Below, in pieces: positions 1-8,950 of a DNA stretch of 32,000 bases. A program made the position numbers and the translations under genes. How positions within the stretch are numbered: the first letter of the stretch is position 1; every line of letters starts with the position of its first letter. The DNA is from an uncultured Dysgonomonas sp. (lineage in GTDB: Bacteria > Bacteroidota > Bacteroidia > Bacteroidales > Dysgonomonadaceae), in the NCBI RefSeq assembly GCF_934668725.1, contig NZ_CAKUOF010000022.1:4562-36561 (forward strand). The letters are read 5' to 3'. The notes beneath the pieces were generated by a model that saw only the letters and a program-made list of their open reading frames with translations, searched no databases and was not told where the DNA came from.

Positions 1-1172
1 AAGAATGGAACCGCATATGATTCAACCCATATTGACGGCAAATACGAAATACCCGTTCCCAAGACTCTACCTCCATAGGAGCGTATCCTGTTAATGGGAA
101 AACACAGTTTTCGACCGTACCTCTCAACATGGTTTTACGACCATTGATATAGAAATATTTGTCTTGAATGGTAAACTCACGCATCCCAAATTGCACTTGT
201 CGAACATCTTTGCCTGCTTTTGTTTGTAAAGTCGCCGTAAGCCGATACAAATTAGGATGAAATTCATCCCACAGCTGCATATTTTCTCCCATTGGTAGAT
301 CAATGGATAAAGAAGTAGCTTTTCCCCGAGGTTTGAAACTTTGCTTAACAGGTATTACAACATGTCGTTTTTCGCCATTAAAACTTTCTGCTTCAAGTAA
401 AATTTCGCCTGAAGTATTGCCTTCTATAGAAACAGTAACAACTGCCTTTTTAGCCTTTAGATCTGGAAAGATCTGAATATCTTCGATATATGTTTTTGGT
501 GTGGCTTGTAGTTCTATGCGACCTACTATCCCATTCCAATTACCTTGTGTTTGATCGGTTATACTATGCGAGTCTTTGCCTACGTTGATTTCTTTGGTTC
601 GATTATCAATCCTCAGGCTGATCGTGTTCTTACCTGTTTTAAAATAAGGTGTTACATCAAACACATGAGGTACTGATAACGAATTTTGCATACCGACCTC
701 TTTATCGTTGATCCAAAGCATAGTCTCTGTATGAGGACGCTCCAAAAACAAAATAATACGTTCTCCTTTCCACGAATTTGGAATAACTACATCTCGCTGA
801 TACCATGCAGCCCCTACATAATATTTGATAGGTGTTAACCAGAAAGGAAGTTTTAAGTTATCTTGTTTTCTGAACTTTTCTAATCGAGGATTAAAGAAAA
901 AAGAACTGTCATAAATACTGGCTGTCCAATCAGTATGCAGTGTTACGGCATCGCCCTTTCGGTTCTCGGTCATCGAACCGGGCAGAACTATTTCATCGTT
1001 CAACATTCGGGAATACCATTGTTCGGTAAGTCCTTTATCCTGTGCATCGATATCAAATCGCCACGTTCCTTGCAAATCAATCTTCTTGTGCTGTGAAAAG
1101 ATGGATAAGCTCAATAAAAGGAATAAACCAACGAAACAAATTCTTAAAAGGGGACAAGCCAAGTGCCTCATA
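1..1172 (-). CDS. Glycoside hydrolase family 2 (beta-galactosidase-like), N-terminal part; truncated by window edge
   Basis: Read manually from the minus strand, ATG at 1172-1170: MRHLACPLLRICFVGLFLLLSLSIFSQHKKIDLQGTWRFDIDAQDKG...LPGSMTENRKGDAV...YYVGAAWYQRDVVIPNSWKGERIILFLERPHTETMLWINDKEVG. Signal peptide followed by a GH2 sugar-binding domain pattern (GTWRF, WYQRDV, FLERPH). Open to the window edge, not in the ORF track. Confidence 0.85.
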
Positions 1173-1562
1173 ATAGTATACGGTTTAATTTTTTAGATTC
1201 AGGTAAAAGCAGAACACAAATATATTAATCACAGCACTAACCTTCTATGTAAATTCATTCAAAAACCTATAGATTTTGACATATTAAATATAGGATTAGA
1301 CATATCACCACCTCATAATAGCATCTAAGAGATAATATTACATCTATCCGGATTATTTTACATGGCATATCCGGATCAAACAGCTTATTTTTGTTTCGAT
1401 GGTTTTATTTAAGGTCACAGACCTTTTTATTGCTTTGGCAAGTATAACAAACATAGATTGTTACAACTATAAAGTATTGCAATAAATTTTATTCTTTACT
1501 TAAGTAGAAGAATGATCAATTACACTTTTCCCCATAAAGGGAATGCATTTTATCATGATAGC

Positions 1563-1593
1563 AAAACAGTCCGAAGTGATTTCGGACTGTTTT
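1563..1593. terminator. Rho-independent bidirectional terminator
   Basis: Perfect 13-bp inverted repeat aaaacagtccgaa (1563-1575) / ttcggactgtttt (1581-1593), 5-nt loop, T-rich tract on the plus side and TTTT on the minus side; 25 nt downstream of the regulator gene stop. Confidence 0.8.
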
Positions 1594-1617
1594 ATTTTTT
1601 ATATAGATGATGTTTGT

Positions 1618-2271
1618 TTACAATTTTACGACAAGCAATCTATCACAGACAAACTTACTCAGAACTTCCGATGTTTTTTCCTGATGATTAACGGTCATAC
1701 TACCATCAAAATTTTCAACAGATTCAACAATAAGTTTTACTCCCAATGTTAAGCTGCGTTTGCTCAGAAAATTAAGAAAATCTTCGGATGAATCTATAAC
1801 TGCCGAAAGGGTAACTGTTTCGCCTATTTTGCAATCACTTAATCGATGATAGTCTATTTGTGGTATATTTCCTTTTTTATCGGGAATAGGAGATCCGTGT
1901 GGATCAATATGCGGATGATTTAATAATTCGTCCATCCTGTCGAAAAAAACAGTCGAATCGATATGTTCAATCTGTTCAGCAATCGAATGAACTTCTTCCC
2001 AACCAAGCCCCATACGTTCATATAAAAACATTTCCGTAAGACGGTGTTTGCGAAGAATAAGTGCTGCTTGCTGCCTTCCTGTTTCTGTTAATTTTAAAGG
2101 CTTATAGCTTTCGTAATGAATCAAGCCTTTTTCAGCAAACTTTTTCATCATACTGTTTACTGTAGACATCTTGATATCTAATGACTTGCTTAACTCATTT
2201 ACAGTAGCTTCACCCAGTTTATTTTCCAGATAAAACAAATTTTTCAGATAATTTTCTTCGGTTGGAGACAT
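1618..2271 (-). CDS. DtxR/MntR-family metal-dependent transcriptional regulator
   Basis: ORF track 217 aa: N-terminal winged helix (MSPTEENYLKNLFYLEN...TVNSMMKKFAEKGLIHYESYKPLKLTETG), dimerisation region (ALILRKHRLTEMFLYERMGLGWEEVHSIAEQIEHI) and a C-terminal FeoA/SH3-like domain; divergent from feoAB. Confidence 0.9.
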   Translation of the reverse strand: MSPTEENYLKNLFYLENKLGEATVNELSKSLDIKMSTVNSMMKKFAEKGLIHYESYKPLKLTETGRQQAALILRKHRLTEMFLYERMGLGWEEVHSIAEQIEHIDSTVFFDRMDELLNHPHIDPHGSPIPDKKGNIPQIDYHRLSDCKIGETVTLSAVIDSSEDFLNFLSKRSLTLGVKLIVESVENFDGSMTVNHQEKTSEVLSKFVCDRLLVVKL

Positions 2272-2390
2272 TGTGATACAAATATATATAAAAAGCGAAC
2301 AATATTAAAATAAGAGCCAAATAAATTTGTTTTATTAATCTAACTTTATAATTTTACAATTCTAATCATCATAAAAGAAGAAGGAGAACA

Positions 2391-2669
2391 ATGGAAAATG
2401 AAGCTTTACAAATGGAGACCAGACTATCGGAACTCACCTACGGGGAAGAGGCTGAGATACTTGGTATAGAAGAAAGCTGTAAAGGTGAGATAAGAAGACG
2501 CCTGCTTGATCTTGGTTTTGTGAGAGAAACCATCATCACCGTTCAGAACGTCAGCCCATTAAGTAATCCTGTAGCTTATAGTTTACGTAATACACTGATT
2601 GCCTTACGAAACGAGCAAGCACAATGTATATTAATAAAGAAACTAACTGACAATGACAAGCGCTTGTAA
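2391..2669 (+). CDS. feoA: FeoA family protein
   Basis: 92 aa: [69 protein letters not shown], a classic FeoA SH3-like sequence; preceded by an AAGGAG-like RBS. Confidence 0.9.
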   Translation: MENEALQMETRLSELTYGEEAEILGIEESCKGEIRRRLLDLGFVRETIITVQNVSPLSNPVAYSLRNTLIALRNEQAQCILIKKLTDNDKRL

Positions 2670-3408
2670 TACATGCAAATACAATACAAACTCCGATCTA
2701 AAAAAGATGGGAGAGAAAATCGACACGTTTGATTATACGATAGCCCTTGCCGGAAATCCGAATACGGGAAAAAGTACGGTATTCAATACACTTACCGGAC
2801 TTCGTCAACATACAGGTAACTGGCCGGGAAAAACGGTTACTACAGCTCAAGGTAGTTTTTCGTTCTTAGATAAGAAATTCAAATTGGTTGACCTTCCGGG
2901 AACTTATTCCTTATTATCAACCTCCGAAGACGAAGAGGTTGCCCGAGATTACATTCTGTTTGGTAAACCCGATGTCACTATCGTGGTAGTTGATGCCAGC
3001 AGACTGGAGCGGAACTTAAATCTGGCTTTACAGATTCTGGAGATTACCGATAAGGTAGTCTTGTGTGTCAATCTTATGGATGAAGCCAAAAGGCACCATA
3101 TAGAAATAGACGACAGAACGCTTGCCCGCGATTTGGGAATACCTGTTGTAACAACCAGTGCGAGATCAAACGAAGGTATAACCGAGTTGCTCCATACGGT
3201 GCATGATTTGGCTATAGGTGAGATAAAAACCAGACCTCATCACTTTCAGGATATACCGAGAAAAACTAACACTGCCATTGAGAGATTAAATGAGGAGCTA
3301 ATTAAACTATATCCTCATCTGCCCAATAGCCGATGGATAGCCATGCGCCTATTGGAAGGTGACGAAAGTATAGTTAAGGCTCTTAAAGAAGGGAGATTTC
3401 AGGAATGA
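2653..3408 (+). CDS. feoB: FeoB N-terminal GTPase domain as a separate protein (split FeoB, part 1)
   Basis: 251 aa with G1 [10 protein letters not shown]3 DLPGTYS and G4 NLMD; overlaps the feoA end by 17 nt and the downstream permease gene by ATGA. Confidence 0.88.
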   Translation: MTSACNTCKYNTNSDLKKMGEKIDTFDYTIALAGNPNTGKSTVFNTLTGLRQHTGNWPGKTVTTAQGSFSFLDKKFKLVDLPGTYSLLSTSEDEEVARDYILFGKPDVTIVVVDASRLERNLNLALQILEITDKVVLCVNLMDEAKRHHIEIDDRTLARDLGIPVVTTSARSNEGITELLHTVHDLAIGEIKTRPHHFQDIPRKTNTAIERLNEELIKLYPHLPNSRWIAMRLLEGDESIVKALKEGRFQE

Positions 3409-4826
3409 AAGAAGATAAACATACACTCGATAATTTGTTGGAACTGGCGGAAGAGTTACGAAAAGAGGTTGGTGACAACTATCACGATAATCTGACCGAA
3501 AGTTTCTATGCGGATGCAGCAAAAATAGTAAAAAGCTCAGTTAAATCGGATGACCAACACCGTTCGTTTCGAGTTGACCGGGCTATAGATAATATAGTGA
3601 CGAGTCGCATTTGGGGTTTTCCCATCATGCTGTTCCTACTTGGGTTTGTGCTTTGGTTAACCATAATCGGGGCAAATTATCCGTCTCAATTATTATCGTC
3701 CCTATTTTTGGATACTATTTATCCGTTCCTGAAAACAGGAGCAGACAGCCTTAGTATTCCTTGGTGGATAAGCGGATTAGTGATCGATGGAGTTTATCTT
3801 GCCACAGCTTGGGTCGTAGCTGTTATGCTTCCCCCGATGGCAATATTTTTCCCGTTGTTCACACTAATGGAAGATTTCGGATATTTACCACGCATAGCAT
3901 TCAATCTCGATAATCTATTCCGCAAAGCTGGTGCACATGGCAAACAAGCTCTCACCATGAGTATGGGTTTTGGTTGCAATGCTGCCGGAGTAGTAGCTAC
4001 ACGTATTATAGACAGTCCCAGAGAAAGGCTTATTGCCATCATAACCAATAATTTTTCGTTATGCAACGGACGATGGCCTACACAAATTCTGATTGCTACT
4101 ATATTTATCGGGGCAGTTGTTCCAACGGGATTCTCTCAGATAGTATCCACAGGATCGGTTATTGGAATAGCGGTATTAGGCATCGGATTTACTTTTGCCG
4201 TCTCTTGGTTTTTATCCAAAACCATGCTTAAAGGCGAGGCTTCATTCTTTATTCTGGAGCTTCCTCCCTATCGTCCACCACGCATATGGCAAACCATTTA
4301 CACTTCTTTAATCGACCGGACATTGATAGTCTTAGGGCGTGCCGTAGTATTTGCAGCACCTGCCGGAGCTATTATCTGGCTGATCAGCAATATAAACATC
4401 GGAGATCAGAGTATTGCCCTCTGGATGATAGACGGTTTGTCTCCCTTCGGATTAATACTGGGACTGAATGGAGTTATCCTGTTGGCTTACATTGTCGCTA
4501 TTCCTGCCAACGAAATTGTAATACCCACCATACTTATGCTTACTACTCTTACCCTCAGCAGTATGGGTATAGGCAACGGGGCAGGCGTACTTTTCGAAGG
4601 TTCGGAGAATGAAGTTGCAAATATTCTGCATGCGGGAGGATGGACATTACTTACAGCCGTAAACCTCATGCTGTTCAGCTTACTGCATAATCCGTGCAGT
4701 ACAACTATTTATACTATCTACAAAGAAACCCGAAGTGCTAAATGGACTGCGGTTGCCTCTTTGCTTCCTCTTGTCTTGGGTCTTGTTGTTTGTTTTTTGG
4801 TTGCTCAAATCTGGAAATTCTTCTGA
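3405..4826 (+). CDS. feoB: FeoB membrane permease domain as a separate protein (split FeoB, part 2)
   Basis: 473 aa polytopic protein with FeoB gate motifs [39 protein letters not shown] and [22 protein letters not shown]; starts within the ATGA overlap with the GTPase gene. Confidence 0.88.
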   Translation: MKEDKHTLDNLLELAEELRKEVGDNYHDNLTESFYADAAKIVKSSVKSDDQHRSFRVDRAIDNIVTSRIWGFPIMLFLLGFVLWLTIIGANYPSQLLSSLFLDTIYPFLKTGADSLSIPWWISGLVIDGVYLATAWVVAVMLPPMAIFFPLFTLMEDFGYLPRIAFNLDNLFRKAGAHGKQALTMSMGFGCNAAGVVATRIIDSPRERLIAIITNNFSLCNGRWPTQILIATIFIGAVVPTGFSQIVSTGSVIGIAVLGIGFTFAVSWFLSKTMLKGEASFFILELPPYRPPRIWQTIYTSLIDRTLIVLGRAVVFAAPAGAIIWLISNINIGDQSIALWMIDGLSPFGLILGLNGVILLAYIVAIPANEIVIPTILMLTTLTLSSMGIGNGAGVLFEGSENEVANILHAGGWTLLTAVNLMLFSLLHNPCSTTIYTIYKETRSAKWTAVASLLPLVLGLVVCFLVAQIWKFF

Positions 4827-4973
4827 TAAAAATGGAATAGTAGTTGATATTAAGGGAACAGCCTTTTTCGAAAATAGACAGAACAACCTAGTTTAATAAT
4901 TAAAATCCAAAATCAGCAAAATCTGTTATCTCTGCTGACTTTGGATTATCTTTATACGTCTTGAATAATTTAC

Positions 4974-5924
4974 CTAGCAATCTTTCAGTAACAGACATGT
5001 TCCGGCTGAATATCCGCCTCCAAAAACAGAGAGGCAAACCAGATCATTTTCCTGAATCTTATCATAATTCTGAGCAAGAACCAAAAGGGCACTTGTCGAG
5101 CCCGTATTGCCTAACTCCTCTATATTAGTCATTGTTTTATCGTCTGAAATATCCAACTCCTTAAGTACATGAGATATGATTCTTTTATTTGCCTGATGTC
5201 CGATGAAATAAGACAGATCATTAACAGCATATCCATTTCTATCCAGAATATCTTTCGTATTTTGAACTAAATAGGTACAAGCCCGCATAAATACATCTTT
5301 ACCGTATGGCATGCGCAGATCGCCACTCGTTAAATCAAGAGTTACTGCCTCAGGGCCATGCCCAATATGCGCTAATCCTTGTGTTGTTATATCCACAACT
5401 CTTAATTCATCCTCTGAATATCTTTCTGATGAAAAAAAGTATGCAGTAGCAGCATCTCCCCATAAATGTCCCGACATTGAGTCTTTGTCATCCGAGTAAG
5501 TGGAATTTCGTTCGGCACAAATAAGCAGTGCCTTTGTTGCTATACCGGTTTGAAAAAAGGATTGTATAACTTCCATCGCATTTACTGCTGATGAACAGGC
5601 AGATGAGATCTGGAATGCTTTAGCTTTCCTCATTTCGAATTGCCTCTGAATAACATGCGCTGTTGTTCCAATAGTATCAGACAAAGTATATGAAGCAAAT
5701 ATAATAAGATCGATATCTGTTTCTTTATATGGCAACAAAGGCAATGCTTTCAACACTGCCTCTGTACACATATAATCCATAGTTTCGTCTTCTGTAGCTC
5801 TGGATCTGGTAAGGATGCCGGTTCGTTGATATATCCAATTGGCATCAAGCCCGTTAATATCTTTAAAGTATTCGTTTGAAATTCGTTGATCAGGAATGTA
5901 ATAACCTATAGCGTTAATATACAT
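4974..5924 (-). CDS. 3-oxoacyl-ACP synthase III (FabH/KASIII) family protein
   Basis: 316 aa; NWIYQRTGI, catalytic Cys context SSACSSAVNAM, His in FIGHQANKRI, Asn in NIEELGNTGS, and the GGGYSAGT C-terminal loop. Confidence 0.9.
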   Translation of the reverse strand: MYINAIGYYIPDQRISNEYFKDINGLDANWIYQRTGILTRSRATEDETMDYMCTEAVLKALPLLPYKETDIDLIIFASYTLSDTIGTTAHVIQRQFEMRKAKAFQISSACSSAVNAMEVIQSFFQTGIATKALLICAERNSTYSDDKDSMSGHLWGDAATAYFFSSERYSEDELRVVDITTQGLAHIGHGPEAVTLDLTSGDLRMPYGKDVFMRACTYLVQNTKDILDRNGYAVNDLSYFIGHQANKRIISHVLKELDISDDKTMTNIEELGNTGSTSALLVLAQNYDKIQENDLVCLSVFGGGYSAGTCLLLKDC

Positions 5925-6105
5925 GATTAAATATGTTTGATTTTAATTTATAAATATATTTATAAAATCAAAATCTGATATTTTATTTAATCATAAAGTT
6001 ACCATACTCTGTTATTTTTTATGTTTATTTTAACAGATACGGTAACTTTATGACATTCTGAACTAAGCCGGACTTTCGTCCTTTATAATTTATACAGACT
6101 AGCTA

Positions 6106-6639
6106 TTATAGTGCCCGCCCTTTAAATACAGTCGATTCCGACTTCGGATACAAGTAACCCGAAAAAGTTATAACCCTGCTATTAAAATTAGGTGTCACTA
6201 TGGCTGTACACTGATTACTACCGGCTACCATATTAATAGTAACAATTGCAGATACTCCGGTACCGAATACATTCATCGAGAATGTAATATTACCTTTTTT
6301 ATCAGTCTTAGTCTTAACGTTCGAAGCTCTTCCTTCTACAGTAATTCCTCCCATTCCGTTAGGACCGGCATATGGAGAATTAAAGGCTAATTGTATAGTA
6401 GCATTATCTCCACTCATCGAGATGAAGTTTGTATTGGAAGAAACATAACTATAGCGTCCATTTTTAAAGTTAATACGGTCTGCTTCAAGAACAAAATCTT
6501 GACTATTCAACGCCTCTACTGCTTTTTGAAACTTAAACTCACGCTCTGCATTTTTTGCTTCTTTAACGGCTGGATCTTGAGTTTTACATCCTGACAAAAC
6601 CAATGTAATTGACATCAATAAAAATAAAACTTTTCTCAT
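6106..6639 (-). CDS. DUF4251-like lipoprotein
   Basis: 177 aa; lipoprotein signal LVLSGC then EREFKFQKAVEALNSQDFVLEADRINFKNGR...SSNTNFISMSGDNATIQLAFN, typical of DUF4251 proteins of Bacteroidales. Confidence 0.75.
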   Translation of the reverse strand: MRKVLFLLMSITLVLSGCKTQDPAVKEAKNAEREFKFQKAVEALNSQDFVLEADRINFKNGRYSYVSSNTNFISMSGDNATIQLAFNSPYAGPNGMGGITVEGRASNVKTKTDKKGNITFSMNVFGTGVSAIVTINMVAGSNQCTAIVTPNFNSRVITFSGYLYPKSESTVFKGRAL

Positions 6640-6820
6640 TTTTCCTAAATTTATGTGAATTTTCCGAATTTTATATTGTAAACAAATTAGATCATAATAA
6701 AGTTTGCTTGAATATTATTATAATTTTGTAGACATCAATAACTGTTTGAATAAACAAGTACTTATTTGATATTGTTTAATTGTAAAAAATAATTTGAAAT
6801 ACTAATAATACATATATTCA

Positions 6821-7549
6821 ATGCTCAAAAAACATACTTTCACTAAGGAAAAATTTCTTGATATATTACATGTAATTATTATCTTACTTTCTGTTGTACT
6901 CATCATATCCATTTCCATTGATACATTTAATAATATATCGTTTCTTACACAGGATACATATATGAAACTTCAATTATGGATTTGTATATTCTTTCTATTT
7001 GATTTTGTATTGGAATTGATTCTGTCCGACCGAAAATGGCGTTTCATAAGTACACACTTCATATTTCTGATAATATCTATTCCTTATCTCAATATAATAG
7101 AGTATTATCAAATCTCATTCGCTCCCGAGGTGAACTACATGATACGTTTTATACCATTAATTAGAGGTGGTTATGCTTTGGCTACTGTGGTAAATTGGCT
7201 AACAAAAAATAAAATATCGGGAATCTTCGTTTCTTATATCACGATTTTAATAGGCATAGTATACTTCTCCAGCCTCATGTTTTTTGTATTGGAGCATAAG
7301 GTCAATCCGGCAGTTTTAAATTATTCTGACTCTTTATGGTGGGCATCTATGAATGTTACAACCGTAGGTTCTAATATTTATGCACAGACGGGAGTCGGTA
7401 AAATACTGTCCATCCTTTTAGCTGCATTGGGAATGATGATGTTCCCCATTTTCACCGTGTATATAACTAACATAGTGCAAATGACAAACAAGAAACAAAA
7501 ATCATCTAAAAAAAGAACATCCGGAAAAATAGATAACCAAGAACAATAA
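6821..7549 (+). CDS. Voltage-gated-ion-channel-like membrane protein (potassium channel family)
   Basis: 242 aa, several TM segments, pore-like LWWASMNVTTVGSNIYAQTGVGKILS followed by a last TM helix. Confidence 0.75.
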   Translation: MLKKHTFTKEKFLDILHVIIILLSVVLIISISIDTFNNISFLTQDTYMKLQLWICIFFLFDFVLELILSDRKWRFISTHFIFLIISIPYLNIIEYYQISFAPEVNYMIRFIPLIRGGYALATVVNWLTKNKISGIFVSYITILIGIVYFSSLMFFVLEHKVNPAVLNYSDSLWWASMNVTTVGSNIYAQTGVGKILSILLAALGMMMFPIFTVYITNIVQMTNKKQKSSKKRTSGKIDNQEQ

Positions 7550-7617
7550 TATTTCGAGATTACATAACATCAAGGGGGATATCCAGTCATTACTCGAATA
7601 ATTTTACATATAAAAAG

Positions 7618-7650
7618 ACAGGTCGATAATAGAAATATTTATCGACCTGT
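7618..7650. terminator. Bidirectional rho-independent terminator between convergent genes
   Basis: 12-bp perfect inverted repeat acaggtcgataa (7618-7629) / ttatcgacctgt (7639-7650), 9-nt loop, between convergent ORFs. Confidence 0.8.
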
Positions 7651-7694
7651 TTAATTGTAAGGAAATACAGATATAACTTTTTGTAATCGGATTA

Positions 7695-8576
7695 TTATTG
7701 AGCCTGTAATTCTTTTAGTCTTTGCTCTGTATCATCCTCCAAGTCTTCATCGAATTCATCCTCCTCATTTTCGTCTTCCTCATCTTCTTTTGGAGCAGTC
7801 TTTACAAAAAATGCACTCAGCTCAAACAAAAAGTAAAGTGGAAAGAATACAATAGAAAGAGTAAAGGGATCGCCTGATGGTGTAATAAATGCAGCAGCAA
7901 CCAATAGCCCAACAATAGCATGTCTACGGTATTTTGTAAAGAGTGACCTGTTTAGTAATCCGAATTGAGAGAGCAACCACGATAATAGAGGTAATTCAAA
8001 AACAATTCCCATCACAAAAATAAGCATCAAGAAATTATCCATATATGAATCTAATGATATCTGATTAACAATTACATCACTCAACTGGTAAGTAGCCAAA
8101 AAGCGTAAAGTCATCGGAAAAACCATAGAATAGCCAAAAAGGCAACCGACAAAAAACATAAAAGTTCCAAACACAAATGCCCATCTAATATTTTTCCTTT
8201 CATAAGAATATAGTGCGGGCTTTAAAAAGCACCATATTTCATAAGCTATATACGGAAAAGTGAGAATTACAGCCAACCAAAAAGAGGTTGTCATATGTGT
8301 AAAGAACTGAGAAGCCAGATTGATATTTATAATATCTACTCGAAATGTATTATCACAAAAATCGGGTAAAAAAGACACCGAAGATGTTATTGTACAGAGA
8401 TATCTATACAGAAAAAAGTTTGAACTGGTAGGAGCCATTACCACATTTTCGAACAGATAAGGCATGAAAATAAAACCTATAATTGAAAACACAATTAATG
8501 CAGCTCCTGACCTGAATATAGACCAGCGGAGTTCTTCCAAATGATCCCAAAAGGTCATTTCTTTATTTTCTTTCAT
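7695..8576 (-). CDS. tatC: Sec-independent protein translocase TatC
   Basis: 293 aa; MTFWDHLEELRWSIFRSGAALIVFSIIGF, FRVDIININLASQFFTHM, KPALYSYERKN, FGIVFELPLLSW-type region (GIVFELPLLSWLLSQFG), FITPSGDPFTL; strongly acidic C-terminal tail. Confidence 0.96.
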   Translation of the reverse strand: MKENKEMTFWDHLEELRWSIFRSGAALIVFSIIGFIFMPYLFENVVMAPTSSNFFLYRYLCTITSSVSFLPDFCDNTFRVDIININLASQFFTHMTTSFWLAVILTFPYIAYEIWCFLKPALYSYERKNIRWAFVFGTFMFFVGCLFGYSMVFPMTLRFLATYQLSDVIVNQISLDSYMDNFLMLIFVMGIVFELPLLSWLLSQFGLLNRSLFTKYRRHAIVGLLVAAAFITPSGDPFTLSIVFFPLYFLFELSAFFVKTAPKEDEEDENEEDEFDEDLEDDTEQRLKELQAQ

Positions 8577-8588
8577 AGATGAGTACTA

Positions 8589-8783
8589 TCAATCTCTTTT
8601 TGAGTCATTACCCTCTATATCGTCTTCAAGCCCTTTTACTCCTTCTTTGAAGCTCTTGATGCCCTTTCCTATACCTCGCATCAATTCAGGAATCTTTTTA
8701 CCTCCAAATAGTAATAAAACAACAATAGCTATAATGATAATCTCTCCTGTTCCAAGATTACCTAAAAATAAAAGTGTATTCAT
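8589..8783 (-). CDS. tatA: Sec-independent protein translocase TatA
   Basis: 64 aa; [42 protein letters not shown], the classic TatA TM + FGxKKIPEL amphipathic hinge; 12 bp upstream of tatC. Confidence 0.96.
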   Translation of the reverse strand: MNTLLFLGNLGTGEIIIIAIVVLLLFGGKKIPELMRGIGKGIKSFKEGVKGLEDDIEGNDSKRD

Positions 8784-8950
8784 TTTCTATATTTTTTTAT
8801 GTAATAAATATTTTTTTTAATCATATGTCAATTTACAGACCTCATATACATATATATGTATCGGTTAATTCTATTTTTTCAAAGTAATAAAGCTCATCTG
8901 TGATATATGTACAAGGTTCATTGTTTAAATGTAACTATAATTACAGGAAA

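Noticed and set aside
1411-1428. aaggtc-aca-gacctt followed by Ts, possible small terminator
   Set aside because: Only 6-bp stem with a 3-nt loop in an AT-rich gap; too weak to call.
1543-1752. 69-aa plus-strand ORF
   Set aside because: Runs through the terminator hairpin and antisense to the DtxR/MntR gene; no domain pattern.
3794-4669. Small ORFs antisense or out of frame within the FeoB permease gene (3794..4066, 4286..4612, 4487..4669)
   Set aside because: Shadow ORFs of a well-supported coding region.
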